Positions 18,213 to 26,682 are shown, counted from the stretch's first letter. The stretch: DNA of 29,617 bases from an uncultured Candidatus Saccharibacteria bacterium (GCA_964423535.1 CAYREW010000003.1:1-29617); one strand, 5' to 3'. Notes: generated by a model not told the origin, from the letters alone. Translations and numbers: made by a program.

Positions 18213-18605
18213 ATGGAAACAAACAGCTATCTCCTAGACACATCTGTAATTATTGATTTTCTCCGCAAAGAAAACAAAGAGCAAACCCTTCTGTACAAAA
18301 TAGCAAAAGACAATTCGAACCTGTATATATCATTAATAACGCATACAGAAATCTACGCTGGGAAAAGTGTTTGGGAAAACGAAGACGCGCATCAGGAATT
18401 GGAAACAATTTTCAAAGGTACAGAAATATTGGAAGTAAATAAAGAAATTTCCAAAAGCGCCGGAAAGATAAGAGCGCAAAGCGGTGTGGATTTAATAGAC
18501 GCAATTATAGCTGCAACAGCGGAACAATATAACTTGCCGCTGGTAACATTGAATATTAAGCATTTTGACCAAATTAAAGACCTACAAGTAAAAAAGATTA
18601 AATAA
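18213..18605 (+). CDS. vapC: VapC-type PIN domain toxin
   Basis: LLDTSVIID, E, DAIIAATA and TLNIKHF PIN motifs. Confidence 0.92.
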   Translation: METNSYLLDTSVIIDFLRKENKEQTLLYKIAKDNSNLYISLITHTEIYAGKSVWENEDAHQELETIFKGTEILEVNKEISKSAGKIRAQSGVDLIDAIIAATAEQYNLPLVTLNIKHFDQIKDLQVKKIK

Positions 18606-18645
18606 TTATTGACAGCTCAGTAACTAATATATATTCTAAAAACAG

Positions 18646-19566
18646 ATGAACAAATTATTCTCCTGGATTAAAAATAATAAACTCGCAGCTTTCCTCATTG
18701 CTTTAATTGCCGGTTACATTATCTACAACAATTTTCTTCTTAAACTAGTTTCAACAGCACAATACAGCCCGGCAAACTACAGCAGTTACGGCAGAAGCAA
18801 TCAAATGCTGGATACAGTTTCCATGGAAAAGAGCAGTATTGGTATTCCAACACCGGAAGCAGCTCCAACAACAGATACCGAAGAGCGCATGGTGGTAAGA
18901 AATTCCAACCTGTCCTTAGTTGTCAACAATGTTTCAGAAGCGCAGGACCAGATCCTTAACAGAGTAAAAACACTGGGCGGCTATATGGTCAGCACCAGCC
19001 TTAAAAATCCACAAGAAGCAGCAACAGCAACAATTACAGTAAGAATTCCCGAAGAAAAGCTGGACCAGGCGTTAGAGTACTTCCGCAACGTATCTACAAA
19101 GGTGGTTTCTGAAAATCTTTATGGAAAGGATGTAACAGATGAGTATATTGATATTGATGAACGTCTGGACGCTTACAACAAAACAAAAGTAAAGTTTGAA
19201 ACAATCCTGGAGCAAGCGGAAGAAGTGGAGGATTTGCTTACAGTCCAAAAAGAGCTTATTAATCTACAACAAAAAATTGACAGCCTCAAAGGGCAGCAAA
19301 AGTACCTAGAGCAGAATGCTGCGCTTTCAAAAGTAACTATCTACCTTTCCACCGACGAGTACAGTCTCCCCTACACTCCTTCCGAAACCTGGCGGCCGAA
19401 AGTAATCTTTAAAAAAGCTGTCCGCTCGTTAATTAAAACTCTGCGCGGAATTGGTTCACTGGCAATTTGGCTGGGAGTTTACTCAGTACTAATAATTCCG
19501 GTAATTGTAATTATCTGGCTGATCCGGAAAAGAAAAAAGAATAAACCCTCTAGTCCAGAAGCTTAA
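18646..19566 (+). CDS. DUF4349-like membrane protein
   Basis: N- and C-terminal TM segments, ATITVRIP, DVTDEYID and a coiled coil; TTGACA-17-TATTCT at 18609-18637. Confidence 0.85.
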   Translation: MNKLFSWIKNNKLAAFLIALIAGYIIYNNFLLKLVSTAQYSPANYSSYGRSNQMLDTVSMEKSSIGIPTPEAAPTTDTEERMVVRNSNLSLVVNNVSEAQDQILNRVKTLGGYMVSTSLKNPQEAATATITVRIPEEKLDQALEYFRNVSTKVVSENLYGKDVTDEYIDIDERLDAYNKTKVKFETILEQAEEVEDLLTVQKELINLQQKIDSLKGQQKYLEQNAALSKVTIYLSTDEYSLPYTPSETWRPKVIFKKAVRSLIKTLRGIGSLAIWLGVYSVLIIPVIVIIWLIRKRKKNKPSSPEA

Positions 19567-19654
19567 AAACTTTTCCCCATTCCTATTGCAAGTCTATAGG
19601 TGCTTGAAGTAATATATTTATATATAAAAAACTCAGCAAAAGGAGGAGACTGTA

Positions 19655-20077
19655 ATGTACATAATTACAACCAGCTGTCCGAACTGCTTTGAAGACACTA
19701 CAGTTACATCTCCGGATACACCGCGCTACGAAAGTACACGAAAAACAAAACTGTGCGGAAATTGCGGGAAAGCAATAATTGTAGTTGAGGTCTTCCCTAA
19801 CAACGCAATCTTTGTTATCTACACCGACTTGAGAAACAAAGATAATGGAAGAGAGCACAGAGCAGAACGATGGGTACCGTTAGTTGAAAACAAACCGGCA
19901 AAGGAAGCAGATAATTTGCCATCAAGGTTTAAGCGCTACAGAAAAGCTTTCAATAATAAAGCCTGGCTGGCTTTCCAGACAGATCCGGATTATTATCTGC
20001 AAGTTGATAGGTGGATAGATATAGAGCAGGATTACGAGGAAGAAGAAGAAGAAGAAAAGCAAGCAGTATTAGTTTAA
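19655..20077 (+). CDS. Hypothetical protein with CxxC..CxxC zinc ribbon and acidic tail
   Basis: CPNC and CGNC; strong SD AAGGAGGAG. Confidence 0.7.
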   Translation: MYIITTSCPNCFEDTTVTSPDTPRYESTRKTKLCGNCGKAIIVVEVFPNNAIFVIYTDLRNKDNGREHRAERWVPLVENKPAKEADNLPSRFKRYRKAFNNKAWLAFQTDPDYYLQVDRWIDIEQDYEEEEEEEKQAVLV

Positions 20078-20166
20078 CTAAACTACGTACAGCTTGGACC
20101 TTCGTCCAAGCTCTGCGTAAAAAAAGACGCGCAACAGAATTAGGCTTTCCTACTCTGTTGCGTTTT

Positions 20167-20925
20167 TTATTTGCGGGCAGTAACCAAAACTCTGCGCGGG
20201 AAGCCGAACAGCCGCGTTAAAAATAATGCTGCAAACACCTTAATCCATCCAAATAAAGAGGATTTAAACAGACGCGGCCCCTCAAAGTACTGTACAATAT
20301 TTTTATAACCCACTCCCCTCAAATCTTTTTTTAAAATTAAACCGCTAATCCCTCTTTCCGTAACTGAGTACTTTTTTGATACATATTTTGCATGCGGAGA
20401 TATATAATGGGGAAAGGGAGGTTCATAAATTATAATTTGACCACCTTTTTTTAATGCGTTGTATGCTGATTCCAAAACATCTTTTTGATTGTTGCAGTGG
20501 TGGAGTGAATCGTAGATTAATACTGCGTCAAATTCGTTTTCATAGGTAAGGTTTTCCATGTCGGCAATTGTGAATTTAGGTGGTTTTATTACAACTTTAG
20601 CTGCAGCCGCGTGCGCTGCCTTTGAGGCGGCATACGATGCCGCAGCTACAGATCTACGCTCAGCAATCCCCACCATCCCGGGAGAGATATCCACCCCCAC
20701 AACTTCGTATCCGCAGCGGGCTAAAAATATGCTTGTCCACCCGGGTCCAACTCCTAAATCAAGTATTCTCCCACCGGCAGGAAGATCTAAAACCTGCAAA
20801 ATCGCAGCAAAATCAAAAAAATTGCGGTAATCATTTTTGCACCACGGTTTTACAAGCAAATGCTGATAGCCTTCTTTAGACAGATTTTTTGGATAGTTTA
20901 CTTCACCTTGTTTAGACATATACAC
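20167..20925 (-). CDS. Class I SAM-dependent methyltransferase
   Basis: ILDLGVGPG, VVGVDIS, ADMENL, FDAV, LHH and LKKGG motifs; start GTG 20925 or ATG 20919. Confidence 0.9.
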   Translation of the reverse strand: MYMSKQGEVNYPKNLSKEGYQHLLVKPWCKNDYRNFFDFAAILQVLDLPAGGRILDLGVGPGWTSIFLARCGYEVVGVDISPGMVGIAERRSVAAASYAASKAAHAAAAKVVIKPPKFTIADMENLTYENEFDAVLIYDSLHHCNNQKDVLESAYNALKKGGQIIIYEPPFPHYISPHAKYVSKKYSVTERGISGLILKKDLRGVGYKNIVQYFEGPRLFKSSLFGWIKVFAALFLTRLFGFPRRVLVTARK

Positions 20926-21109
20926 TCAAATTGGGTCACACCGTTAATTGTAATGCTTATTAGATTTAAACTAAAGTGCGGAGATCTGAATAGAGATATT
21001 AAGCTAAGATATTATGATATTAGGATATCATCCCTGTAAACTTGCAGGGAACCACTTTATATGAGACTATATAAGTCGAAAAAGGTGGCTGAAGAAAGGA
21101 GGAGAAAAC

Positions 21110-21373
21110 ATGCCGCAGAAAGCTGTTGTTGTTTTTTCAAATGTGCCTGAAAATGCAACTGGCCAGGATGTTCTTTTATCGCTGAGACAAGTATTAAATG
21201 CTGTTGAATCCGACACTTCTGAAGTAATAAAACCAACTACTGTATTTGTTGAAGGCGAACTTACAAAAGGAAGTGTTATCTTACTTGAGGATTTTCGCAA
21301 AAATCAGACAGTACTGATGTATGGACGAAAAGATAGAAAAACAACAAGCGCTGGAGGAGCATTAGGAGGCTAG
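21110..21373 (+). CDS. Hypothetical protein, paralog of 21776-21988
   Basis: SD AAGGAGGAG; N-terminus KAVVVFSNVP. Confidence 0.7.
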   Translation: MPQKAVVVFSNVPENATGQDVLLSLRQVLNAVESDTSEVIKPTTVFVEGELTKGSVILLEDFRKNQTVLMYGRKDRKTTSAGGALGG

Positions 21374-21374
21374 C

Positions 21375-21794
21375 ATGGACGACAAGTTGAAGATTGCAGT
21401 AATTTCTTCGCGTTTAGCGCTTAGGGCTGAGCGAGGGCAGATGGATTACCCTGCAAGAATCAAAAACACTGCCCAGCAATTGGGAACTCTTACACCCAAC
21501 AAGTACGAAGCCGACATCATTATCCTTATGCACGCAGAGCCGGAAGATGTAGCACAGCTGCGCTCTTCTCTTAGGCGTTCAGAAAGCGCTGGAGCCTTAA
21601 TTGCAGCAGTACTGACAATAGAACAAACACTGGACACCGAGACACTGGAAAAGTTTGAGCACTACGCAGACATCACTTTTACTGACAGAGAAAAGAGCAT
21701 AATGCTTAATCTTAAAAATTCTCTTACTCGAACAGTTGTAGAAAAAAAGAGGAGGGGGGGGGAAGGAGGAAGAGCATGGCTAACAAAGCTGTAA
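21375..21794 (+). CDS. Hypothetical protein, possible degenerate receiver-like fold
   Basis: Coupled to its neighbours; KIAVIS/ADIIILM/LIAAVLT/ADITFT beta-alpha spacing. Confidence 0.65.
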   Translation: MDDKLKIAVISSRLALRAERGQMDYPARIKNTAQQLGTLTPNKYEADIIILMHAEPEDVAQLRSSLRRSESAGALIAAVLTIEQTLDTETLEKFEHYADITFTDREKSIMLNLKNSLTRTVVEKKRRGGEGGRAWLTKL

Positions 21795-21988
21795 TTGTTC
21801 TTTCCAATATTCCGGTAGGAATGACTGCTAGGCAGGTGGAAGCGGCTGTCAACGTTGCTCTACAATCCGCTCTTAGAGGCAGAGCGAATCCGGAAGACCA
21901 GTTTGGACAGTTCTACCAATTCGCAAAGGTTGAACAAGTTACAGTAACGGAAGATGGAGAAGTACTGGACAGTGTTCAAAGACTGTAA
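21776..21988 (+). CDS. Hypothetical protein, paralog of 21110-21373
   Basis: SD AAGGAGG; N-terminus KAVIVLSNIP. Confidence 0.7.
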   Translation: MANKAVIVLSNIPVGMTARQVEAAVNVALQSALRGRANPEDQFGQFYQFAKVEQVTVTEDGEVLDSVQRL

Positions 21989-22005
21989 GAACTATTAATA
22001 CACAG

Positions 22006-22040
22006 CCGGGTAGGCAATAAATTTGCTTATCCGGTATTTT
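22006..22040 (+). terminator. Intrinsic terminator of the three-gene operon
   Basis: ccgggtaggcaa/ttgcttatccgg 12-bp stem followed by tatttt. Confidence 0.6.
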
Positions 22041-22052
22041 CTTGGGCACTAA

Positions 22053-22478
22053 TTAATCCGAATTTTTCACAAATTTATCCAAATCGCAATCAGAGTTTAT
22101 AACCCGCTTATACTCCAAACTCTCTTTACCAAAGTTGGCTACAATAGCTAAAGGCAGTCCTGTTGATCGCAAGTATGCTAAAACCTGTTTAAAAAATTTT
22201 GTGTGGTAGCTTCTTCTAGCTTTTAGCTCAAGAACTATCTTCTCTTCAATAATGAAATCTAATTTGTAGTATCCTATACTTTCATCCTCATACTTTAACT
22301 CTATTGGTGCTTCGCGATTATATTTTAACTCCTGATTGCGCAACTCAGCGGCCACAGCCCTTTAATAGTATTTCTCCAACATAGTAGGACCAAGCTCACG
22401 GTGAACCTTAAACAAAACACCTACTATTTTATAACTCAAATCCGGAAGAATTAGCTTTTTAGAATCATTCGTGTCCAT
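22053..22478 (-). pseudogene. GxxExxY protein (PD-(D/E)XK fold) with in-frame TAA at codon 39
   Basis: Reads MDTND..LGPTMLEKYY*RAVAAEL..YKLDFIIEEKIVLELKA; stop at 22362-22364. Confidence 0.85.
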
Positions 22479-22514
22479 TAGTATTAAATTCGTTTAAATT
22501 AGTGTAAAATTATT

Positions 22515-23537
22515 CTACATTAAAGCCAGCTGGCCACCGTCTCCCTCCCCCTCTTCCCCATTCACTATTCCATTCAACTCTTTAATCAAAGATTTAAATC
22601 CCAGAGGTTCTAAAACTGTCTCTGCTTCTTCTGTATCTATTTCAAAAACAGCATCATCTAAATCAAACTGCATTGGAACATCAGTAACTATTTTAGCCAA
22701 GGTTTTAGATAAAGCTGCCTGCTCCGCCTCCTCCGCCAGTTTTTTTGCTACTGATTTTTTTACCTCTCCCAAATTCTCAAAAATATCTTCAAGCGAATTA
22801 TATTCTTTAAGCAAAGCTGTAGCAGTTTTCTTCCCTATCCCCTTCACCCCCGGAATATTGTCGGAGGAATCCCCTTTTAACGCTTTGTAGTCAACAATTT
22901 TTTCCGGTGCAAAACCGTATTTTTCTTCCACCTGTTCGCGGTTGTAGATAATTGGGTTTGACAACCCCCTTTTAGGCATATAGGCCTTAATTGGACCATC
23001 AACAAGCTGAAGTAAGTCGCGGTCGCCGGAGACGATTAGGATTTCCAAATTATTCGATCTGTGTAGTTGCGACCCTTGTGGTCGCCCTTCTGCCGAGGCA
23101 GGGACAAGCCCTGCCTCGCCGGCAGGCAGGCCTGCAACTACATTTGCAGAGATTGTCCCAATAACATCATCTGCCTCATATCCGGCAACTTCGTAAACAG
23201 GTATTCCTAAACCGCGGACAACTTCGTGTGCAAGAGGAATCTGCTCTTTAAGTTCATCATCCACTTCCGGACGGTGTTCTTTATATGCTGTATATTCTTC
23301 GTGGCGGAAAGTAGGCTCCGGGCGGTCAAAAGCAACAGCTAAGTGAGTTGGTTCTAAATCTTTAATCAGCTTAAACAGCATGCGGGTAAAGCCGAAAACT
23401 GCATTTGTTACAGTACCGTCGGGTGAGGTTAAAGTTTTCGGCAAAGCATGGTATGCCCGGTGGAGCAAAGAATTACCATCAATGAGGACCAAGCGGGTTG
23501 AAATATTACCAGTACCGTTTCTAATTGCTTTTTCCAT
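22515..23537 (-). CDS. Stand-alone 5'-3' exonuclease/flap endonuclease (PolA N-terminal domain family)
   Basis: LIDGNSLLHRAYHA, YKEHR, YEADDVIG, SGDRD and GDSSDNIPGVKGIG motifs; no polymerase domain. Confidence 0.93.
   Translation of the reverse strand: MEKAIRNGTGNISTRLVLIDGNSLLHRAYHALPKTLTSPDGTVTNAVFGFTRMLFKLIKDLEPTHLAVAFDRPEPTFRHEEYTAYKEHRPEVDDELKEQIPLAHEVVRGLGIPVYEVAGYEADDVIGTISANVVAGLPAGEAGLVPASAEGRPQGSQLHRSNNLEILIVSGDRDLLQLVDGPIKAYMPKRGLSNPIIYNREQVEEKYGFAPEKIVDYKALKGDSSDNIPGVKGIGKKTATALLKEYNSLEDIFENLGEVKKSVAKKLAEEAEQAALSKTLAKIVTDVPMQFDLDDAVFEIDTEEAETVLEPLGFKSLIKELNGIVNGEEGEGDGGQLALM
23062..23142. repeat. 81-nt branched palindrome in frame in the exonuclease
   Basis: Outer stem tgtagttgc/gcaactaca; inner gcgacc/ggtcgc, ctgcc/ggcag and cctgcctcgccggcaggcagg. 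Confidence 0.85.
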
Positions 23538-23582
23538 TGTTTGTTCTTTATCCTGCTAACCTGTTATCCTGACAGCCTGTTA

Positions 23583-23948
23583 CTAATCTTTCAGGTTTTC
23601 TCTAGTCATTTTAATTAGATAGTTAATCTCTCTATGTAAACGAGAAAGTTCGTTTTCAAGTTGGTCTTTCTCCTCCTCACTTATTAACTCTCGTCTATAG
23701 CTTACTCTTGTCCAATGCTTAACTTCCAAAACAGAACCGCGCGCATAATAAAAAAACTTGATTTTATCTTTTTTGAAATATCGTCCGTGCCCCTCAGCAA
23801 TATTAGCAGCAGAAGAGTCTATAGACCGAACATACTGCGAACCGATAGTTTTACGAGGAAAATAATCCCATTTAGAAACCTTGTTCCATATATCGTCACT
23901 CAACTCGTTGGAAATTACATAAGCAGGAATATCGAGAAGGCTCTTCAT
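23583..23948 (-). CDS. Four-helix-bundle protein (23S rRNA IVS protein family)
   Basis: Q..RS..S..ANIAEG.GR, KFFYYARGS..E and W pattern; flanked by CTGTTA/TAACAG repeats. Confidence 0.92.
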   Translation of the reverse strand: MKSLLDIPAYVISNELSDDIWNKVSKWDYFPRKTIGSQYVRSIDSSAANIAEGHGRYFKKDKIKFFYYARGSVLEVKHWTRVSYRRELISEEEKDQLENELSRLHREINYLIKMTRENLKD

Positions 23949-24012
23949 GAATTAATTCCTAAAAAACAGGATAACAATCTAACAGGATAGCGCTCTAACC
24001 TGAGCTCAGAGA

Positions 24013-25914
24013 CTATAGCTCATTAGAGTTATTGCTAACCAAGCTTTTGAACTCTTCCTCTTCCAAAGTCTCTTGTTCTACAAGTTGATCTGCAATCTTA
24101 TCTAAGATATCGCGCTTTTCAACTAAAATTTGCTTAGCGCGCTCTAAACAATCATCAAGTATACGCTTTATTTCAGCATCTACTTTATTTGCCATTTCTT
24201 CTGAATAATCCGGGCTGGGGTTAAATCTATACGGCCAGGCATCTTCCTCATCAGGAGCTGAACCGGAAGAGAAAGGACCTAAATTACTCATTCCGTACTC
24301 AACTACCATTTTGCGAGCAATTTTACTTGCTTTTTTCAAATCGGAAGCAGCACCAACAGTCATTTCATCAAAGACTAACTGCTCAGCTGCTCTACCTCCG
24401 AGTAAAGCAGTAATTTGCTCCACCAAACGTGTTTTTGTCTCATTGTAGCGGTCTTTCAGCGGGGGGATCATTGTAAAGCCCAACGCTAAACCGCGGGAAA
24501 CTATAGAAACCCGGTGGACAGGATCCATATTAGGCAGTGAAGAACCAACCAAGGCGTGGCCGCCTTCGTGGTAAGCAGTCATTTTTTTATCTTCTTCCGA
24601 TTGCAAACGTTTCTTCTCCGGCCCCAGCTTAACTTTAGTTGCCGCCTCTTCAATATCTTCCATACTTATAGCAGCACGTTCTTGGCGGGCTGCCATAATT
24701 GCTGCTTCGTTCAACATATTTTCAATATCAGCACCACTAAAACCAACAGTACGGCGCGCTATTTTATTTATATCTACCCCATCCGCAAACGGTTTGCCGC
24801 GCATATGAATCTTAATAATCCCTTCCCTACCCTGAATATCAGGAAGGTCAAGAACAATGCGGCGGTCAAACCTGCCGGGCCGCACTAAAGCGGGATCCAA
24901 AAGCTCAGGTCTATTGCTTGCCCCTAAAACAATTACATTAGTATTCGGCGCAAAACCGTCCATTTCAACAAGTATCTGGTTCAATGTCTGCTCACGCTCA
25001 TCATGCCCACCACCAAAACCAACACCGCCCCGCCTGCGCCCAATACTTTCCAGCTCATCAATAAAAATCAATGCGGGAGCATTCTTTTTTGCATTGGCAA
25101 ACAAATCGCGAACTCTGCTTGGACCAACACCAACAAGCATTTCCATAAATTCAGATCCCGCCATATTAAAAAACGGGACATCTGCCTCATTAGCTACTGC
25201 CCTGGCAAGAAGAGTCTTTCCTGTCCCTGCAGGGCCGACTAAAAGAACACCTTTAGGTATTCGCGCGCCAAGCTTCCGGTACTTTTCTTGGTTCTTTAAA
25301 AAATCCACAATTTCACGCAATTCTTTTTTTGCTTCTTCAACACCAGCAGCATCATCAAAAGTTACTTTTTTATCACCGTCTTTATCATATTCCCGAGCTG
25401 TAGACTTACCTATCTGCAAAATATCTGTACCAGCACCGCGTGCTTGCTTAAAAATCCAAAAAAACAAACCGGCCATCAAAATAACAGGAATTATATTTAC
25501 CAGCAAATCCAACCACAAACCTGCTGGCGAAGGGTCTTTAATCTCTATTATTGCTTTTACAGAGTCCGGCTCTATATTGCTGTCCCTTAGTACTTCATAA
25601 AAAGACTGCTGCGCTTCTTTACGCGCAGCAAACTCTGTACCATCTTTAAGCGTGAAATAAACCATCTCTCCTTGTACTTCTATTTTCTGTACCTTGTTTT
25701 CTTTAACCAAGGAAAGAGCTTCAGAAAGAGGCTTTTCCGACAAAAAGGTGCTGGGGGTAATAAAAGCGCTGACAATCCAAAACAAAAGTAAACCACCAAA
25801 AACAAGTCCAGCAATAATACGCAAAATTTTGCTTTTACCTGAGGGTTTCTTACTTCCTTCTGGAGAGAGATTTTTAATACGCTTTCTTGGTAAATTCGGA
25901 TTGCTCATTGGCAT
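24013..25914 (-). CDS. ftsH: ATP-dependent zinc metalloprotease FtsH
   Basis: Two TM segments, GPAGTGKT, FIDELE, second region of homology, HEGGH; start may be 25908. Confidence 0.97.
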   Translation of the reverse strand: MPMSNPNLPRKRIKNLSPEGSKKPSGKSKILRIIAGLVFGGLLLFWIVSAFITPSTFLSEKPLSEALSLVKENKVQKIEVQGEMVYFTLKDGTEFAARKEAQQSFYEVLRDSNIEPDSVKAIIEIKDPSPAGLWLDLLVNIIPVILMAGLFFWIFKQARGAGTDILQIGKSTAREYDKDGDKKVTFDDAAGVEEAKKELREIVDFLKNQEKYRKLGARIPKGVLLVGPAGTGKTLLARAVANEADVPFFNMAGSEFMEMLVGVGPSRVRDLFANAKKNAPALIFIDELESIGRRRGGVGFGGGHDEREQTLNQILVEMDGFAPNTNVIVLGASNRPELLDPALVRPGRFDRRIVLDLPDIQGREGIIKIHMRGKPFADGVDINKIARRTVGFSGADIENMLNEAAIMAARQERAAISMEDIEEAATKVKLGPEKKRLQSEEDKKMTAYHEGGHALVGSSLPNMDPVHRVSIVSRGLALGFTMIPPLKDRYNETKTRLVEQITALLGGRAAEQLVFDEMTVGAASDLKKASKIARKMVVEYGMSNLGPFSSGSAPDEEDAWPYRFNPSPDYSEEMANKVDAEIKRILDDCLERAKQILVEKRDILDKIADQLVEQETLEEEEFKSLVSNNSNEL

Positions 25915-26056
25915 AAATAGTTGTTCCTGAACAGAGAGATTATAACATAGTAGCTAGTATCTGGTAGATAGTATTTAGAGTGACTTATCCCGTAGCATTC
26001 GGTAGCAGTTGTAGAGGCGCAATTTTTGGCTGGTGGTTTGGCCAAACGCGCAGTCC

Positions 26057-26595
26057 TATTGGGCCCCGCATTCTGCGGGGCCAGATTAGCTCTAAACTCA
26101 CTACGAACCTTCGGTTCTTGTTCGTTAAGAAGCTATCTGGTACCGGTGGCAGGATTTCCAAAGTTCCACTTGACAAGCGCCAGCGCGTCTAGTGGCAACT
26201 TGGACCCCGCTGAAGTGTAACAAAAGCGGGGCGAACCTAATCATTCAACAGCTTATCCAAAGCTTCACCACCTTTATATGCTTTAAGCTCTTTTTCCCTT
26301 TTGAACGCTTCTTTACGAGTTGCATATTCCTCCGTATATATAACAATGAACGGTACTTGATGCTTAATTGAGGAAGTCCTACCGCTGTTGTGCTCTCCTA
26401 AACGATTTTCAATGTTTTGCGTTATACCTATATATTTACGCCCTGTTTTTTGACTTTTTAATATATAAACTGTCCACATTCTAGTTAATTTTGTGTATTG
26501 GGCCCCGCATTCTGCGGGGCCAGATTAGCTCTAAACTCACTACGAACCTTCGGTTCTTGTTCGTTAAGAAGCTATCTGGTACCGGTGGCAGGATT
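26057..26595. repeat. 100-bp exact direct repeat (26057-26156, 26496-26595) including the tRNA 3' 19 nt
   Basis: Copies compared base by base; 439-bp period enclosing the GIY-YIG gene. Confidence 0.93.
26237..26479 (-). CDS. GIY-YIG nuclease family protein (80 aa)
   Basis: VYIL..YIG..RL.EHN..A.KRE.ELK motifs. Confidence 0.92.
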   Translation of the reverse strand: MWTVYILKSQKTGRKYIGITQNIENRLGEHNSGRTSSIKHQVPFIVIYTEEYATRKEAFKREKELKAYKGGEALDKLLND

Positions 26596-26651
26596 CGAAC
26601 CTGCGACACAAGGGTTATGATCCCTCTGCTCTGCCCCTGAGCTACACCGGC
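26577..26651 (-). tRNA. tRNA with CAT anticodon (elongator Met more likely than Ile2)
   Basis: 75-nt cloverleaf, TTCGAAT T-loop, CCA; G4/G5 rather than C4/C5. Confidence 0.9.
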
Positions 26652-26682
26652 AAATTTATATATAAAGTGTAGCATGCCTAAC

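Noticed and set aside
22362-22364. TAA recoding or alternative genetic code
   Set aside because: TAA, TAG and TGA all end genuine genes here; a single nonsense change or read error is simpler.
23583-23948. Four-helix-bundle gene as DGR Avd
   Set aside because: No reverse transcriptase or TR/VR pair in the window.
24556-25930. 247-aa and other antisense ORFs opposite ftsH
   Set aside because: Typical antisense shadow of a conserved AAA gene.
25980-26675. Short ORFs at 25980, 25985, 26026 and 26481
   Set aside because: They translate the tRNA and the 100-bp repeat.
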